Source: an uncultured delta proteobacterium (lineage in GTDB: Bacteria; Desulfobacterota; Binatia; Binatales; Binataceae). From it: 64,000 nt of DNA. The notes below the pieces were generated by a model. The model saw nothing but the letters and a program-made list of their open reading frames with translations. It had not been told where the DNA came from and did not search any database. The stretch spans positions 1 to 64,000 of the forward strand of contig CAWEEQ010000002.1 in assembly GCA_963808235.1 (NCBI GenBank), read 5' to 3'. Position 1 is the first letter of the stretch. Every line of letters begins with the position of its first letter. A program made the position numbers and the translations under genes. This document shows positions 27,997 through 37,202 of the stretch, piece after piece.

Positions 27997-29328
27997 CTAT
28001 TCGATTCCGTAGCGCCTGCGCTTCCGCCACAGGGTGGTGACGTTGATGCCGAGCGTGTCGGCCGCTTCCTCGAGGGTTGCGCTGGCGGCGAGGACCCGGG
28101 CTATATGCTCGCGCTCGACTTCATCGAGGCTGGCGGAAGGTGCGATGCCCGCCAGCGGCTCGGTTGAATCGTGGAACAATGAGTCGGGCAGGTCGTCGGG
28201 GGCGATTGTTTCGCCGCGCATCAGAACGGTGCCGCGTTCGATTGCGTTTCTGAGTTCGCGCACATTGCCGGGCCATCGATAGCGTGTCAAGGCGGCTACG
28301 GTTTCGGAGGAGAGCGCCAGGCCAGGATGTCCGTTGCGCAGCGCGGCGACGCCGAGCAGCCAATTCGCCAGGGGCAAGATATCTTCGCGACGCTCGCGGA
28401 GCGGGGGTACGCGCAGAGTGATCACGTTGAGGCGGTAGTAGAGATCCTCGCGAAAACGGTGCGCTGCGACCTCCGAGTCGAGGTCGCGATTGGAGGCTGC
28501 GATTATTCGCGCGTCGACGTGGATCGTATGTTCGCCGCCGACACGTTCGAAGTTCTGATCCTGGAGGAAGCGCAGGAATTTTGTCTGGAGGGTTGGAGTC
28601 AGGTCCGCAATCTCGTCCAGGAACACGGTTCCGCCGTTTGCTGCTTCGAGGCGGCCGGGCTTGTCTTTGACTGCGCCGGTGAAAGCGCCGCGGACGTGTC
28701 CGAAGAGTTCGCTTTCGAGCAATTCCTCGGAGAGGGTGGTGCAATTGACGACGACGAATGGTTTATCCTGGCGCCGGCTCCATCGATGGATCTGCTTCGC
28801 GATCACGTTCTTGCCGGTGCCGCTTTCACCGGCGAGGAGGATTGTCGCGTCGCTGGCCGCCGCCTGGCGCGCGGTTTCCAGCAGTCGTTGCATCGCAGGA
28901 CTTTGCGAGTCGAGCAGCGGGGCTTCATCGATTGCACTTCTAAGCGCGCGATTTTCGGCTTGCAGGACTTTCACGTGCAGAGCGCGGTCAACGGTGTGCT
29001 GAATCTGTTCGAGCGAGAACGGCTTGGTCACGTAGTCGTAAGCGCCGGACTTCATCGCTTCGACCGCATTTTCGACAGTCGCAAACGCGGTCATCAGAAT
29101 GACCAGGCTGTCCGGCGCACGGCGCTTGATCTCGCGTAGCAACTCGAGGCCGCTCATTTCAGCCATCCGGTAATCGGTCAAGACGAGATCAAACTGCGTC
29201 TCGGAGAGCATCGCAACTGCCTGCGGACCGCTCTCTGCGGCGCGGACCGCGTGGCCCAGCGACTCGAAGAATGTCACCAGGCTCCGGCGGATGTTCCGCT
29301 CGTCATCGACGATCAGCAGGCGTGCCAT
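27997..29328 (-). CDS. Sigma54-dependent response regulator (REC-AAA-Fis), functional KdpE replacement
   Basis: REC (VDDE, D-YRM), GESGTGKN, GAFTGA, WPGNVRELRN, HTH; last gene of the kdp cluster. Confidence 0.92.
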   Translation of the reverse strand: MARLLIVDDERNIRRSLVTFFESLGHAVRAAESGPQAVAMLSETQFDLVLTDYRMAEMSGLELLREIKRRAPDSLVILMTAFATVENAVEAMKSGAYDYVTKPFSLEQIQHTVDRALHVKVLQAENRALRSAIDEAPLLDSQSPAMQRLLETARQAAASDATILLAGESGTGKNVIAKQIHRWSRRQDKPFVVVNCTTLSEELLESELFGHVRGAFTGAVKDKPGRLEAANGGTVFLDEIADLTPTLQTKFLRFLQDQNFERVGGEHTIHVDARIIAASNRDLDSEVAAHRFREDLYYRLNVITLRVPPLRERREDILPLANWLLGVAALRNGHPGLALSSETVAALTRYRWPGNVRELRNAIERGTVLMRGETIAPDDLPDSLFHDSTEPLAGIAPSASLDEVEREHIARVLAASATLEEAADTLGINVTTLWRKRRRYGIE

Positions 29329-29379
29329 CAGACTTCCACCGCGGCGGGAATCTCTACGATACTGTTATCTGACAATCGT

Positions 29380-29696
29380 TCAGCCCGAGTTATTTTGGTA
29401 GCGTGACACCGTCATGCATGCTAACACGCCGCATAACAACAAGACGAGGCATGTCTCCGCAAAAACGTCGCCGTGCTCCGAATAGAAAGACCTCGAGCGG
29501 TTCCACGAGACAGTTTCGAGTACGGTGGTTCGCGTGAATATTTTCGAGGCTCCGATGACCTGGCCAGTCGAAGTGATCAGGGCACTGATGCCGGTGTTTC
29601 CGACTCCGTCATACGTCAAAGTAGTGATCTTTCCGTTGGCAACGTTCCTGAAAGCCGGGTGATGCTCGTGATGTTGCCCAGCGAATCGTATGTATC
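29380..29696 (-). pseudogene. Chimeric remnant: YD-repeat fragments fused to an apolipoprotein N-acyltransferase (Lnt) C-terminus
   Basis: YDSLGNITSITRLSGT and ANGKITTLTYDGVGN, then NTGISALITSTGQVIGASKIFTR...SFYSEHGDVFA + TM. Confidence 0.65.
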
Positions 29697-29729
29697 AGCT
29701 GTAATTGACTACACCGATGCGGTCTTTCA

Positions 29730-30854
29730 GTGCGCAGCCTCGCAGCGGTGAATCTGCCAGCGGCAGCTAGCGCCACCTACAACGCGGGCAATCAGTTGAC
29801 TGGCTGGAATGGTGCGAGTATTCCATCGGACCAAGCGAATAATCTGTCCACAGATCCAACGCTTCCGATTCCTGGCAGCATTACTTGGGACGAACGGAAC
29901 CACCTGGCTTCCGTCAACGCTCAGGGCACGCAGAACTTCTTGTACGACGCGCTCGGCAGACGTGAAAGCGAATCCGGGTCGATTCCAACCGCTACTTTCC
30001 TGCTTGATGGAGTCACTCCGGTCAGAACGACGATCGGTTCGGCGAACGCCGATCTGCTGGCAATGCCAGGTACCGGAGAGGTATTCACGCGCACCGATAG
30101 TTCGGGCATTATGGTGCCCTTGCATGATGCTATGGGTTCGACGATTGGTTTAGTGAACTCGACTGGTACGATTGCGACCCGATACACTTACCAACCTTTC
30201 GGCAGGAGCACTGCGAGCGGCGCGGCGAACGCAAATCCCTTCCAATTCGCCGGGATGGAATCTGACAGCAGCGGCCTGTATCACACTTGGGCGCGATACT
30301 ACTCGCCTGGAGTGCAGCGATTCCTTTCGGAAGATCCGCTCGGCTTCGGCGGCGGTGATACGAACATCTTCGCGTGTGTCCATAACAACCCCGTCAACGG
30401 TATTGATCCGTTCGGGCTTTCAGCCGGCAGCGGCGCCGGTGGTGGCGGCGGCCCTCCCACAAACGTCCCACCGGGCGGCGGTAACAAGAGAAACGGCGGG
30501 GTTACTGAGAGTACCAGCACTCTCGGCGACCCAGGAGAAATATACGCTCCTCCGGATGTGCCCGGTATGGAGATATCTGGAGCAACTCTAGGCGGCGCCG
30601 CAGGAATTGTGAGCCTTCTCTCCCATCTCGAAGTTCAACGAGCCTTGGTGCACGCCGGAGTCCCGGTGCCCCTGGTTGAATTTCTGGCCGTCTTTGGAAA
30701 TGAAGCAGAGTTCGTGGCGCTTGGTATCACAATTGGATTTTTCCTCGGGGGACCTATCGGGGCTACTGTTCTCGGTCTGGCTGGTGCTGGCTATGGAGCC
30801 TTCGAGACGGGACAACAAGCAGCTGCATTGGAAGCCACTTCAACGGCACCATAA
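29730..30854 (+). CDS. N-terminally truncated Rhs core with hydrophobic C-terminal toxin-like domain
   Basis: YDALGRR, RYTYQPFG, ARYYSPGVQRFLSEDPLG, NNPVNGIDPFGL cleavage motif, then a Gly-zipper/hydrophobic tip. Confidence 0.85.
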   Translation: MRSLAAVNLPAAASATYNAGNQLTGWNGASIPSDQANNLSTDPTLPIPGSITWDERNHLASVNAQGTQNFLYDALGRRESESGSIPTATFLLDGVTPVRTTIGSANADLLAMPGTGEVFTRTDSSGIMVPLHDAMGSTIGLVNSTGTIATRYTYQPFGRSTASGAANANPFQFAGMESDSSGLYHTWARYYSPGVQRFLSEDPLGFGGGDTNIFACVHNNPVNGIDPFGLSAGSGAGGGGGPPTNVPPGGGNKRNGGVTESTSTLGDPGEIYAPPDVPGMEISGATLGGAAGIVSLLSHLEVQRALVHAGVPVPLVEFLAVFGNEAEFVALGITIGFFLGGPIGATVLGLAGAGYGAFETGQQAAALEATSTAP

Positions 30855-30859
30855 AACGC

Positions 30860-31393
30860 TTGGAGGTTGAGACAGTGGCTCTGGAGAAGTCTGAAGACGG
30901 CACGGTGCAAGCGATCGGGATTTCCATATTCATAGGGGCTGTCTTAGCTGGTGGGGCCGTGTTGGCAATACGACCGCCTTGGTCGCACTCGCCAAGCCTT
31001 TTTGCGGCCACCACGGCGCTTGGAGGAGCGATCGGGGTGGGAGTCTTTTTTTTAACGCGCAAACGGTGGTCACTCGTGCGCCATCCCAGTCCATCATTGC
31101 GAGTGGCGTTTACGGCTATGGTGCTCGTGTATGTGGCCGCAACGGCCCTCGACGTACACTCCGCCTCCTCAGATGAATTGCTAAACGCCAGCCTGTTGGC
31201 GGCGGGCCTGGTTCTTTGTCTGAGTTGGAACGACAGGCACTATATCGCCGCAGCTGCGGGTCTGGCTTTGATTGTCATCGCTAGTCTTTGTGTCGTGATA
31301 TCTAAAAATCCTTTTGCAATACCCTTCGGAATGGCTGGAGCAATGGCAGCGTGGATCCAACTGCGCCTGATCGTGCGGGGGGAATCCGACTGA
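30860..31393 (+). CDS. Multi-pass membrane protein, candidate immunity protein
   Basis: Directly follows the Rhs-CT; about 5-6 hydrophobic segments; start uncertain. Confidence 0.6.
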   Translation: MEVETVALEKSEDGTVQAIGISIFIGAVLAGGAVLAIRPPWSHSPSLFAATTALGGAIGVGVFFLTRKRWSLVRHPSPSLRVAFTAMVLVYVAATALDVHSASSDELLNASLLAAGLVLCLSWNDRHYIAAAAGLALIVIASLCVVISKNPFAIPFGMAGAMAAWIQLRLIVRGESD

Positions 31394-31463
31394 CCCGAGC
31401 CTCGCTCGCGCATCGCGGACACACCAATTGAAAGATTCTTTTCTTCGGAGGACGCTTGGGCCC

Positions 31464-33251
31464 TCAGACTTCCATCGCGGCGGGAATCTCGACGATAAAT
31501 TTTGAGCCGTGCGAGTTGTTGCTCTCGACAAAAATGCGTCCGCCGTGCGCCTCGACAATTTCCTTGACGATCGAGAGGCCGAGTCCAGCCGATCCTTTCT
31601 CGAAGCCGTCGGAACCATACTGGACGAAGCGCTCGAAGATGTAATCTTTCAACTCAGGCGGGATTCCCGGACCCGAATCCGCGATCTCCAGCCGAGACGA
31701 GCCGTTGGAAGTCAGCGCGGACACCTTGATCGTTCCGCCGGTGGGTGTGTAGCGCAATGCGTTGCCGACCAGGTTCGAGATCACCCATGAAAGCTTCACC
31801 GGGTCGCCGATTATTTCTGGCACCTGCTCGATGCTTTCCTGGACCTCGATGTGCTTCTCGCGCGCCTGGATAGTGAACCGCTTGGTCACTTCGGCGGCCA
31901 GGCGTGCGAGGTCGAGGCGCTTCTGCTGCAGCGTGATGGCGGGAATCTCGCCGCGCGCGAGATTCAGAAGATTGTCGGTAAGCTGGCGCATCCGCGAGCA
32001 TTCTTCGAGGATCACCTGGAGCAGTTCATTGTGCTTGGGATTCGATTCGTTCAAATCGCGGCTCATCAGCTCGGCCGACAACGCGAGCGAAGTGAGCGGA
32101 GTTCTGAGCTCGTGCGACAGGGTGGCGACCAGGTTGGTGCGCGCGCGGTCTTGATCACGTATGTAGGTGACGTCCTGGAGAATCAGCAGCGTCCCGAGAG
32201 AGATTCCCTCGGTATGATGGAGCGGGACGGGCTTGAGAACGTAAGAATGCTCCCGGCCGCGGACGTGAAGATCGATTTCGATGCGTTGGCCGTTGCCGCC
32301 GGACCTTTGCAGGGTGCGGAGCGCGTCGCGCACGCGCAGGTAGTGAGGATGGTTGCTGCTGAGATCGTCGAATGGACTGCCGAGCGCGTCGGCGGGATCG
32401 ACCTCGAGAATCAGCGACGCGATCTCATTGATATGCGCAACGACTCCGTTCGCGTCGATCAGCACTACGCCGTCTTCGAGGCTCTCGATGATCGCCTCGG
32501 TCTTGCTCTTCTCATAAACGAGACGCTCGACGTTGAGCTTGTCGTACTGCTCGAGCCGTTCCGCCATCTGGTTGAACTCGCGCGCGACAGCTTCGAGCTC
32601 GGCGAGCGGCTGCGGGCCGAGGCGGACCTGCGACTTGCGCTGGCTTATTCCGCGCAGCCGTTCAGTCAGTTCCGTGAGCGGTTTCGACAGACGCCAGCCG
32701 AGACCCCAGGAGACCGCCGCGCCGACGAGCAGCACTAACGCCAGGCCGCCGGCGAACTCGTAGGCAAGGCGCTTGCCCAAGCGGATTGAGCGGCTGTCGG
32801 CGCGGAACATCGCGGCCTTGTTCATGGCGATCAGATCGTCGAGACGGGCATGTAATTGCGCAAATTCCGGATCGTGATTCACACCCGGGGGCGAGGCCGC
32901 GATTTCGTCGAAGAGCTTTTGCCCGCGCCCGCGGATATCGGCGGCGAGTTCAGGTTCCCCTTTTTCGGTGTAGTCGTGATTCTCGACGTCGAACCACTTC
33001 GCGAACATCTGTCGCGACTGGGGCAGGACAGTTCTGGCGCGGCCGTCGTGCTCGGCGACCTGAAGATCTGTGAGCGAGGCGTGCATGTGCTGTGCGGCCT
33101 CGATGCTGACGTAGTTGCGATAAAGCGTTGCGCGGATCGCGCCGCCAAGCTGGTAGAGCCTGGGCAGCGTGTAGACTCCGAGCAGGACCACCAACGCGAG
33201 CATCAGCAGGGTTCCGTCGCGGATTCGGCGTTGCAGTGATGGTGCGCTCAT
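31464..33251 (-). CDS. Membrane sensor histidine kinase (HAMP-PAS-HisKA-HATPase)
   Basis: Two TM segments, HAMP, PAS, SHELRTPL, NLVGNALRYT, DSGPGI, GLGL. Confidence 0.93.
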   Translation of the reverse strand: MSAPSLQRRIRDGTLLMLALVVLLGVYTLPRLYQLGGAIRATLYRNYVSIEAAQHMHASLTDLQVAEHDGRARTVLPQSRQMFAKWFDVENHDYTEKGEPELAADIRGRGQKLFDEIAASPPGVNHDPEFAQLHARLDDLIAMNKAAMFRADSRSIRLGKRLAYEFAGGLALVLLVGAAVSWGLGWRLSKPLTELTERLRGISQRKSQVRLGPQPLAELEAVAREFNQMAERLEQYDKLNVERLVYEKSKTEAIIESLEDGVVLIDANGVVAHINEIASLILEVDPADALGSPFDDLSSNHPHYLRVRDALRTLQRSGGNGQRIEIDLHVRGREHSYVLKPVPLHHTEGISLGTLLILQDVTYIRDQDRARTNLVATLSHELRTPLTSLALSAELMSRDLNESNPKHNELLQVILEECSRMRQLTDNLLNLARGEIPAITLQQKRLDLARLAAEVTKRFTIQAREKHIEVQESIEQVPEIIGDPVKLSWVISNLVGNALRYTPTGGTIKVSALTSNGSSRLEIADSGPGIPPELKDYIFERFVQYGSDGFEKGSAGLGLSIVKEIVEAHGGRIFVESNNSHGSKFIVEIPAAMEV

Positions 33252-33322
33252 CGAGATCTCTCCGCTGCGCTCATCGGGACTTCTCCGCTGCGCTCATCGG
33301 GATTTCTCCGCTGCGCTCATCG
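33243..33322 (-). repeat. 23-bp tandem repeat (3 units plus partial) at the kdpD-N / kinase junction
   Basis: TGCGCTCATCG recurs at 33243, 33266, 33289 and 33312; each minus-strand unit contains ATGA and GGAG. Confidence 0.9.
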
Positions 33323-34474
33323 CACTTCCTCCGATTGCTCGGTCGCGACGATTTCCACGTCGAGGTCGCTGGCGTCTTCGACTAGGCGGGCCGGCACGTC
33401 GCCTTTGAGCCATCGGCGCCATCGCGGCTGATGGGTGCGGCCTACGATCACTTTCGAAACGCCTTTGTCACGCGCGAAGTCGATCATCGCCTTGACCACG
33501 TCGTCAGACTTGAGCCACACGGTCTCAGCGCCGAGATCGCTGGCGAGATTGATGTTGTTGAGCAGCGCGACGAAATCGCTGGTGCCGATATTTTTCACCG
33601 ATTCGGAAGGGGTTTCGATATGCACTGCATACCATTCCGCGTTGAGCTGGCCCGCGAGCCGGGAAGCTCGGCGCAGCAACTGGCCGGTGTCGCTGGCGTT
33701 GGAGGAGACTCCCACCATGATTCGATCGACGACGTGAGTGCGGCGCCCGCCTTCCCGCTTGAGCGACTCCTGGTCAGTGCGTTGCCGATCGAGATTGCGC
33801 GCCACTTCGCGCAGCGCGAGTTCACGGAGCGAGGCGAGATTGCTCGGCTTGAAGAAATTTTTGAGCGCATTTTCTATCTGGGCGTGAGGATATATCTTGC
33901 CCTCGCGCAGGCGTTCGCGGAGCGCGTCAACCGGCACGTCGATATTTACAATCGTGGCGGCATGAAGGAGGAACGAATCGGGGACCGTCTCGCGGACGTC
34001 GATTCCGGTGATGCGTCTCATCAGGGGATTGAGGCTTTCGAGGTGCTGGATGTTCACCGCGGTAATCACGTTGATGCCAGTGGCAACGATTTCTTCGACG
34101 TCCTGGTACCTCTTTTCGTGGCGCGAGCCGGGAACGTTGGTGTGCGCGAGTTCATCAACGATGGCAACGTCAGGCTTGCGCGCAATGATCGCGTCGATGT
34201 CCATCTCCTCCAGCATCACGTCACGGTAGGAAATATTGCGGCGCGGGACCACCTCGAGGGCGCCTATTAGCGCCTCGGTCTCGCGGCGATGATGCGACTC
34301 GACGAAACCGAGCACGACATCGACTCCCCGGTCGCGAAGCTGATGCGCTTCCTCCAGCATCCGGTATGTTTTGCCTACTCCCGCGGCGGCGCCGATGTAA
34401 ATTTTGAGCCGGCCCTTTTGACGCTGAGGAACGAGATCGAGAAACGCCTCGGGCTCGATTCGCTTATCGTTCAT
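33317..34474 (-). CDS. kdpD: KdpD N-terminal cytoplasmic protein (KdpD + Usp domains; split KdpD)
   Basis: GRLKIYIGAAAGVGKTYRML, VDELAHTN, NIQHLESLN, LRELALR, Usp domain; no TM or kinase domain. Confidence 0.9.
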   Translation of the reverse strand: MNDKRIEPEAFLDLVPQRQKGRLKIYIGAAAGVGKTYRMLEEAHQLRDRGVDVVLGFVESHHRRETEALIGALEVVPRRNISYRDVMLEEMDIDAIIARKPDVAIVDELAHTNVPGSRHEKRYQDVEEIVATGINVITAVNIQHLESLNPLMRRITGIDVRETVPDSFLLHAATIVNIDVPVDALRERLREGKIYPHAQIENALKNFFKPSNLASLRELALREVARNLDRQRTDQESLKREGGRRTHVVDRIMVGVSSNASDTGQLLRRASRLAGQLNAEWYAVHIETPSESVKNIGTSDFVALLNNINLASDLGAETVWLKSDDVVKAMIDFARDKGVSKVIVGRTHQPRWRRWLKGDVPARLVEDASDLDVEIVATEQSEEVR

Positions 34475-34548
34475 TCAGGTCCTGGTTGCATTCAGGTCCC
34501 GGTTCATTCAGGTCCCGGTTCATTCGGGTCTTGGTCGCATTCAGGTTC
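34472..34548 (-). repeat. 16-17 bp tandem repeat (5 units) at the kdpC / kdpD junction
   Basis: CATTC(A/G)GGT recurs at 34472, 34489, 34505, 34521 and 34538 (minus strand ACCTGAATG, i.e. stop + start). Confidence 0.85.
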
Positions 34549-35152
34549 CGGAAGAACCGCCATGACTTGTCGCGACGCGATCGAGGGCGAGGTTAAGCCT
34601 CAGCACATTGACGCCGGCCTCGCCAAAAATCCCCGCCGCACGCGGCCGCGTATTTTCGGCGATCAGCCGCCGCACCTGATCTTCGCTCAGACTACGTGCG
34701 TGGGCAACCCGTGCCACCTGCAATTCGGCGGCGGCCGGACTGATCTCGGGGTCCAGGCCGCTGGCCGAAGTCGTAACTATATCAATCGGGACCTGCGCCG
34801 GGTTGGCTCCGGGATTGCTCTCAAGGAAGTTCTTGAGCCGCAGGCGCACCGCGTCGATGAGCGCTTTGTTGGTGGGCGCGAGATTCGAGCCGCCTGAATT
34901 GGCGGCGTCGTAGCCCTTGTCGCCGGCGGCGGAGGGGCGGCTCTGAAAATAGCGCGGCGACGAAAAATTCTGGCCGATGAGACTCGAGCCGACAACCTTC
35001 CCGTTTTTAACCAGTAAACTTCCGTGAGCACTCTCCGGAAAGATCACCTCGGCGAGGCCGCAGACTGCGAGCGGATAGACCAATCCGGTGATCACGGTGA
35101 GCAAAGCAGTTAGTGCAAGTGCGGAGATGAATGTGCGCACAAACGACCTCAT
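34541..35152 (-). CDS. kdpC: K+-transporting ATPase subunit C
   Basis: YPLAV...GSSLIGQNF...[10 protein letters not shown]...SGGSNL...[10 protein letters not shown]...[11 protein letters not shown]. Confidence 0.97.
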   Translation of the reverse strand: MRSFVRTFISALALTALLTVITGLVYPLAVCGLAEVIFPESAHGSLLVKNGKVVGSSLIGQNFSSPRYFQSRPSAAGDKGYDAANSGGSNLAPTNKALIDAVRLRLKNFLESNPGANPAQVPIDIVTTSASGLDPEISPAAAELQVARVAHARSLSEDQVRRLIAENTRPRAAGIFGEAGVNVLRLNLALDRVATSHGGSSGT

Positions 35153-37194
35153 GCGAGATGAAGCGCCGCGATTACAACGTCGATCGCCTTGATTCCGATG
35201 AAAGGAATGATAACCCCGCCGACGCCGTAGATGAAAAGGTTGCGGGTCAGGATGGCGGCGGCGCCGAGCGGACGATAGGCGACGCCTCGGAGCGCCAGCG
35301 GTATCAGCGCGATGATGATCAGAGCGTTGAAGATCACGGCGGACAGGATCGCGCTTTGCGGCGTCGCGAGGTGCATCACGTTGAGCCGCTGGAGCTGCGG
35401 ATATTCGACGATGAACAGCGCCGGGATGATCGCGAAATACTTGGCGACGTCGTTGGCGATGGAAAATGTAGTCAGCGCGCCGCGCGTCATCAGGAGTTGT
35501 TTACCAATCTCGACGACTTCCATGACCTTGGTCGGGTTGGAGTCGAGGTCGATCATGTTGCCGGCCTCGCGCGCGGCCTGGGTGCCCGCGTTCATCGCGA
35601 TTCCGACGTCAGCCTGCGCGAGCGCGGGCGCGTCGTTGGTGCCGTCGCCAATCATGGCGACCAGCTTGCCCTGGTTCTGCTCCTCGCGAATCAGGCGCAG
35701 CTTGGTTTCCGGAGTGGCCTCGGCGAGGAAATCGTCGACGCCGGATTCACCCGCGATCGCTGCGGCAGTGAGCGGATTGTCGCCGGTAATCATGACGGTA
35801 CGGAGGCCCATCGCGCGCAGCCGCTCGAAACGTTCCTTGATTCCTTCCTTGACCACATCTTTTAAATGGATGACGCCGAGCGCGCGCGACCCGTCGGCGA
35901 CCACGAGCGGAGTGCCGCCGCTGCGGGCGATGCGCTCGACGATCGGCTTCAAGTCCACCGGCGCAACGCCGTGATTTTCTTCGACGAACTTTATGATCTG
36001 ATCGGTCGCGCCTTTGCGAATCCGATGGGTGCCGACGTCGACGCCGCTCATGCGGGTGGTGGCGGAGAACGGGATGAAGGTTGCACCGTCGTCACCGGCG
36101 CCGAGTTCGCGGCCGCGCAAGTTGTACTCGCGCTTGGCGAGCACGACGATCGATCGTCCCTCGGGGGTCTCGTCGGCCAGAGACGCGAATTGTGCGGCCT
36201 CGGCAAGTTCGCGCGTTTCGACGCCGGCGATGGGCAGAAACTCGGACGCCATCCGATTGCCAAGCGTGATCGTGCCGGTCTTATCGAGCAGCAAGGTATC
36301 GACGTCGCCGGCGGCTTCAACCGCGCGGCCGGACATCGCGAGCACGTTGTGCTGGACGAGGCGATCCATGCCGGCGATTCCAATCGCCGAGAGCAATCCG
36401 CCGATGGTGGTCGGAATCAGACAGACCAGCAAAGCAACCAGCACCGGCAGCGCGAGCCGCGTTCCAAGGTAAAGGCCGAATGGATAGAGGGTGACGATAA
36501 CGAGCAGGAAGACGATGGTGAGTCCAACGAGCAGGATGCTGAGCGCGATTTCGTTGGGAGTCTTCTGGCGCTGGGCGCCTTCGACCAGAGAGATCATTCG
36601 ATCCAGGAAAGTTTCGCCGGGGTTGGCGGTGATACGCACTTTGATCCAGTCGGAGATGACGGTGGTGCCGCCAGTGACGGCGCTGCGATCGCCGCCGCTC
36701 TCGCGAATGACCGGTGCGGATTCGCCGGTAATCGCAGCTTCGTTGACCGCCGCGACGCCCTCGATCACTTCGCCGTCGCCGGGAATCACGTCGCCGGCCG
36801 CGACCATTACGACGTCGCCGCGGCGGAGCTGAGTGGCGGGTACCAGTTTGGTCTCGGAGCCGGTGATCAGTTTGGCCTGGGTCTCGGTGCGCGTCTTGCG
36901 CAGATTTTCGGCCTGCGCCTTGCCGCGTCCTTCGGCCATCGCCTCGGCGAAGTTTGCGAACAGCACGGTGAACCAGAGCCATAGCGCGATTTGAAATTCG
37001 AAGGCGGCCAGGGCGGCGCGATGCGCGAGCGTATCGCGAAGCAGGGTGAACATGGTCAGCACGCTGGTGACTTCGACCACGAACATCACCGGATTCTTGA
37101 TCATCAGGCGCGGATCGAGCTTGACGAACGAATCGATCGCTGCGCGCGAGACGATTTCACGATTCCAGAGTGCGGGAGCCTTTCGATCAGACAT
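35149..37194 (-). CDS. kdpB: K+-transporting ATPase subunit B
   Basis: [18 protein letters not shown] phosphorylation motif, [10 protein letters not shown]; start MSDRKAP at 37194. Confidence 0.97.
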   Translation of the reverse strand: MSDRKAPALWNREIVSRAAIDSFVKLDPRLMIKNPVMFVVEVTSVLTMFTLLRDTLAHRAALAAFEFQIALWLWFTVLFANFAEAMAEGRGKAQAENLRKTRTETQAKLITGSETKLVPATQLRRGDVVMVAAGDVIPGDGEVIEGVAAVNEAAITGESAPVIRESGGDRSAVTGGTTVISDWIKVRITANPGETFLDRMISLVEGAQRQKTPNEIALSILLVGLTIVFLLVIVTLYPFGLYLGTRLALPVLVALLVCLIPTTIGGLLSAIGIAGMDRLVQHNVLAMSGRAVEAAGDVDTLLLDKTGTITLGNRMASEFLPIAGVETRELAEAAQFASLADETPEGRSIVVLAKREYNLRGRELGAGDDGATFIPFSATTRMSGVDVGTHRIRKGATDQIIKFVEENHGVAPVDLKPIVERIARSGGTPLVVADGSRALGVIHLKDVVKEGIKERFERLRAMGLRTVMITGDNPLTAAAIAGESGVDDFLAEATPETKLRLIREEQNQGKLVAMIGDGTNDAPALAQADVGIAMNAGTQAAREAGNMIDLDSNPTKVMEVVEIGKQLLMTRGALTTFSIANDVAKYFAIIPALFIVEYPQLQRLNVMHLATPQSAILSAVIFNALIIIALIPLALRGVAYRPLGAAAILTRNLFIYGVGGVIIPFIGIKAIDVVIAALHLA

Positions 37195-37202
37195 AAGTTG
37201 GC

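Larger units (their letters stand above)
29328..31497. mobile_element. 2.1 kb Rhs-derived insertion flanked by a 34-bp direct repeat
   Basis: TCAGACTTCCA(C/T)CGCGGCGGGAATCTC(T/G)ACGATA at 29328-29361 and 31464-31497 (32/34 identical), equal to the kinase 3' end. Confidence 0.8.
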
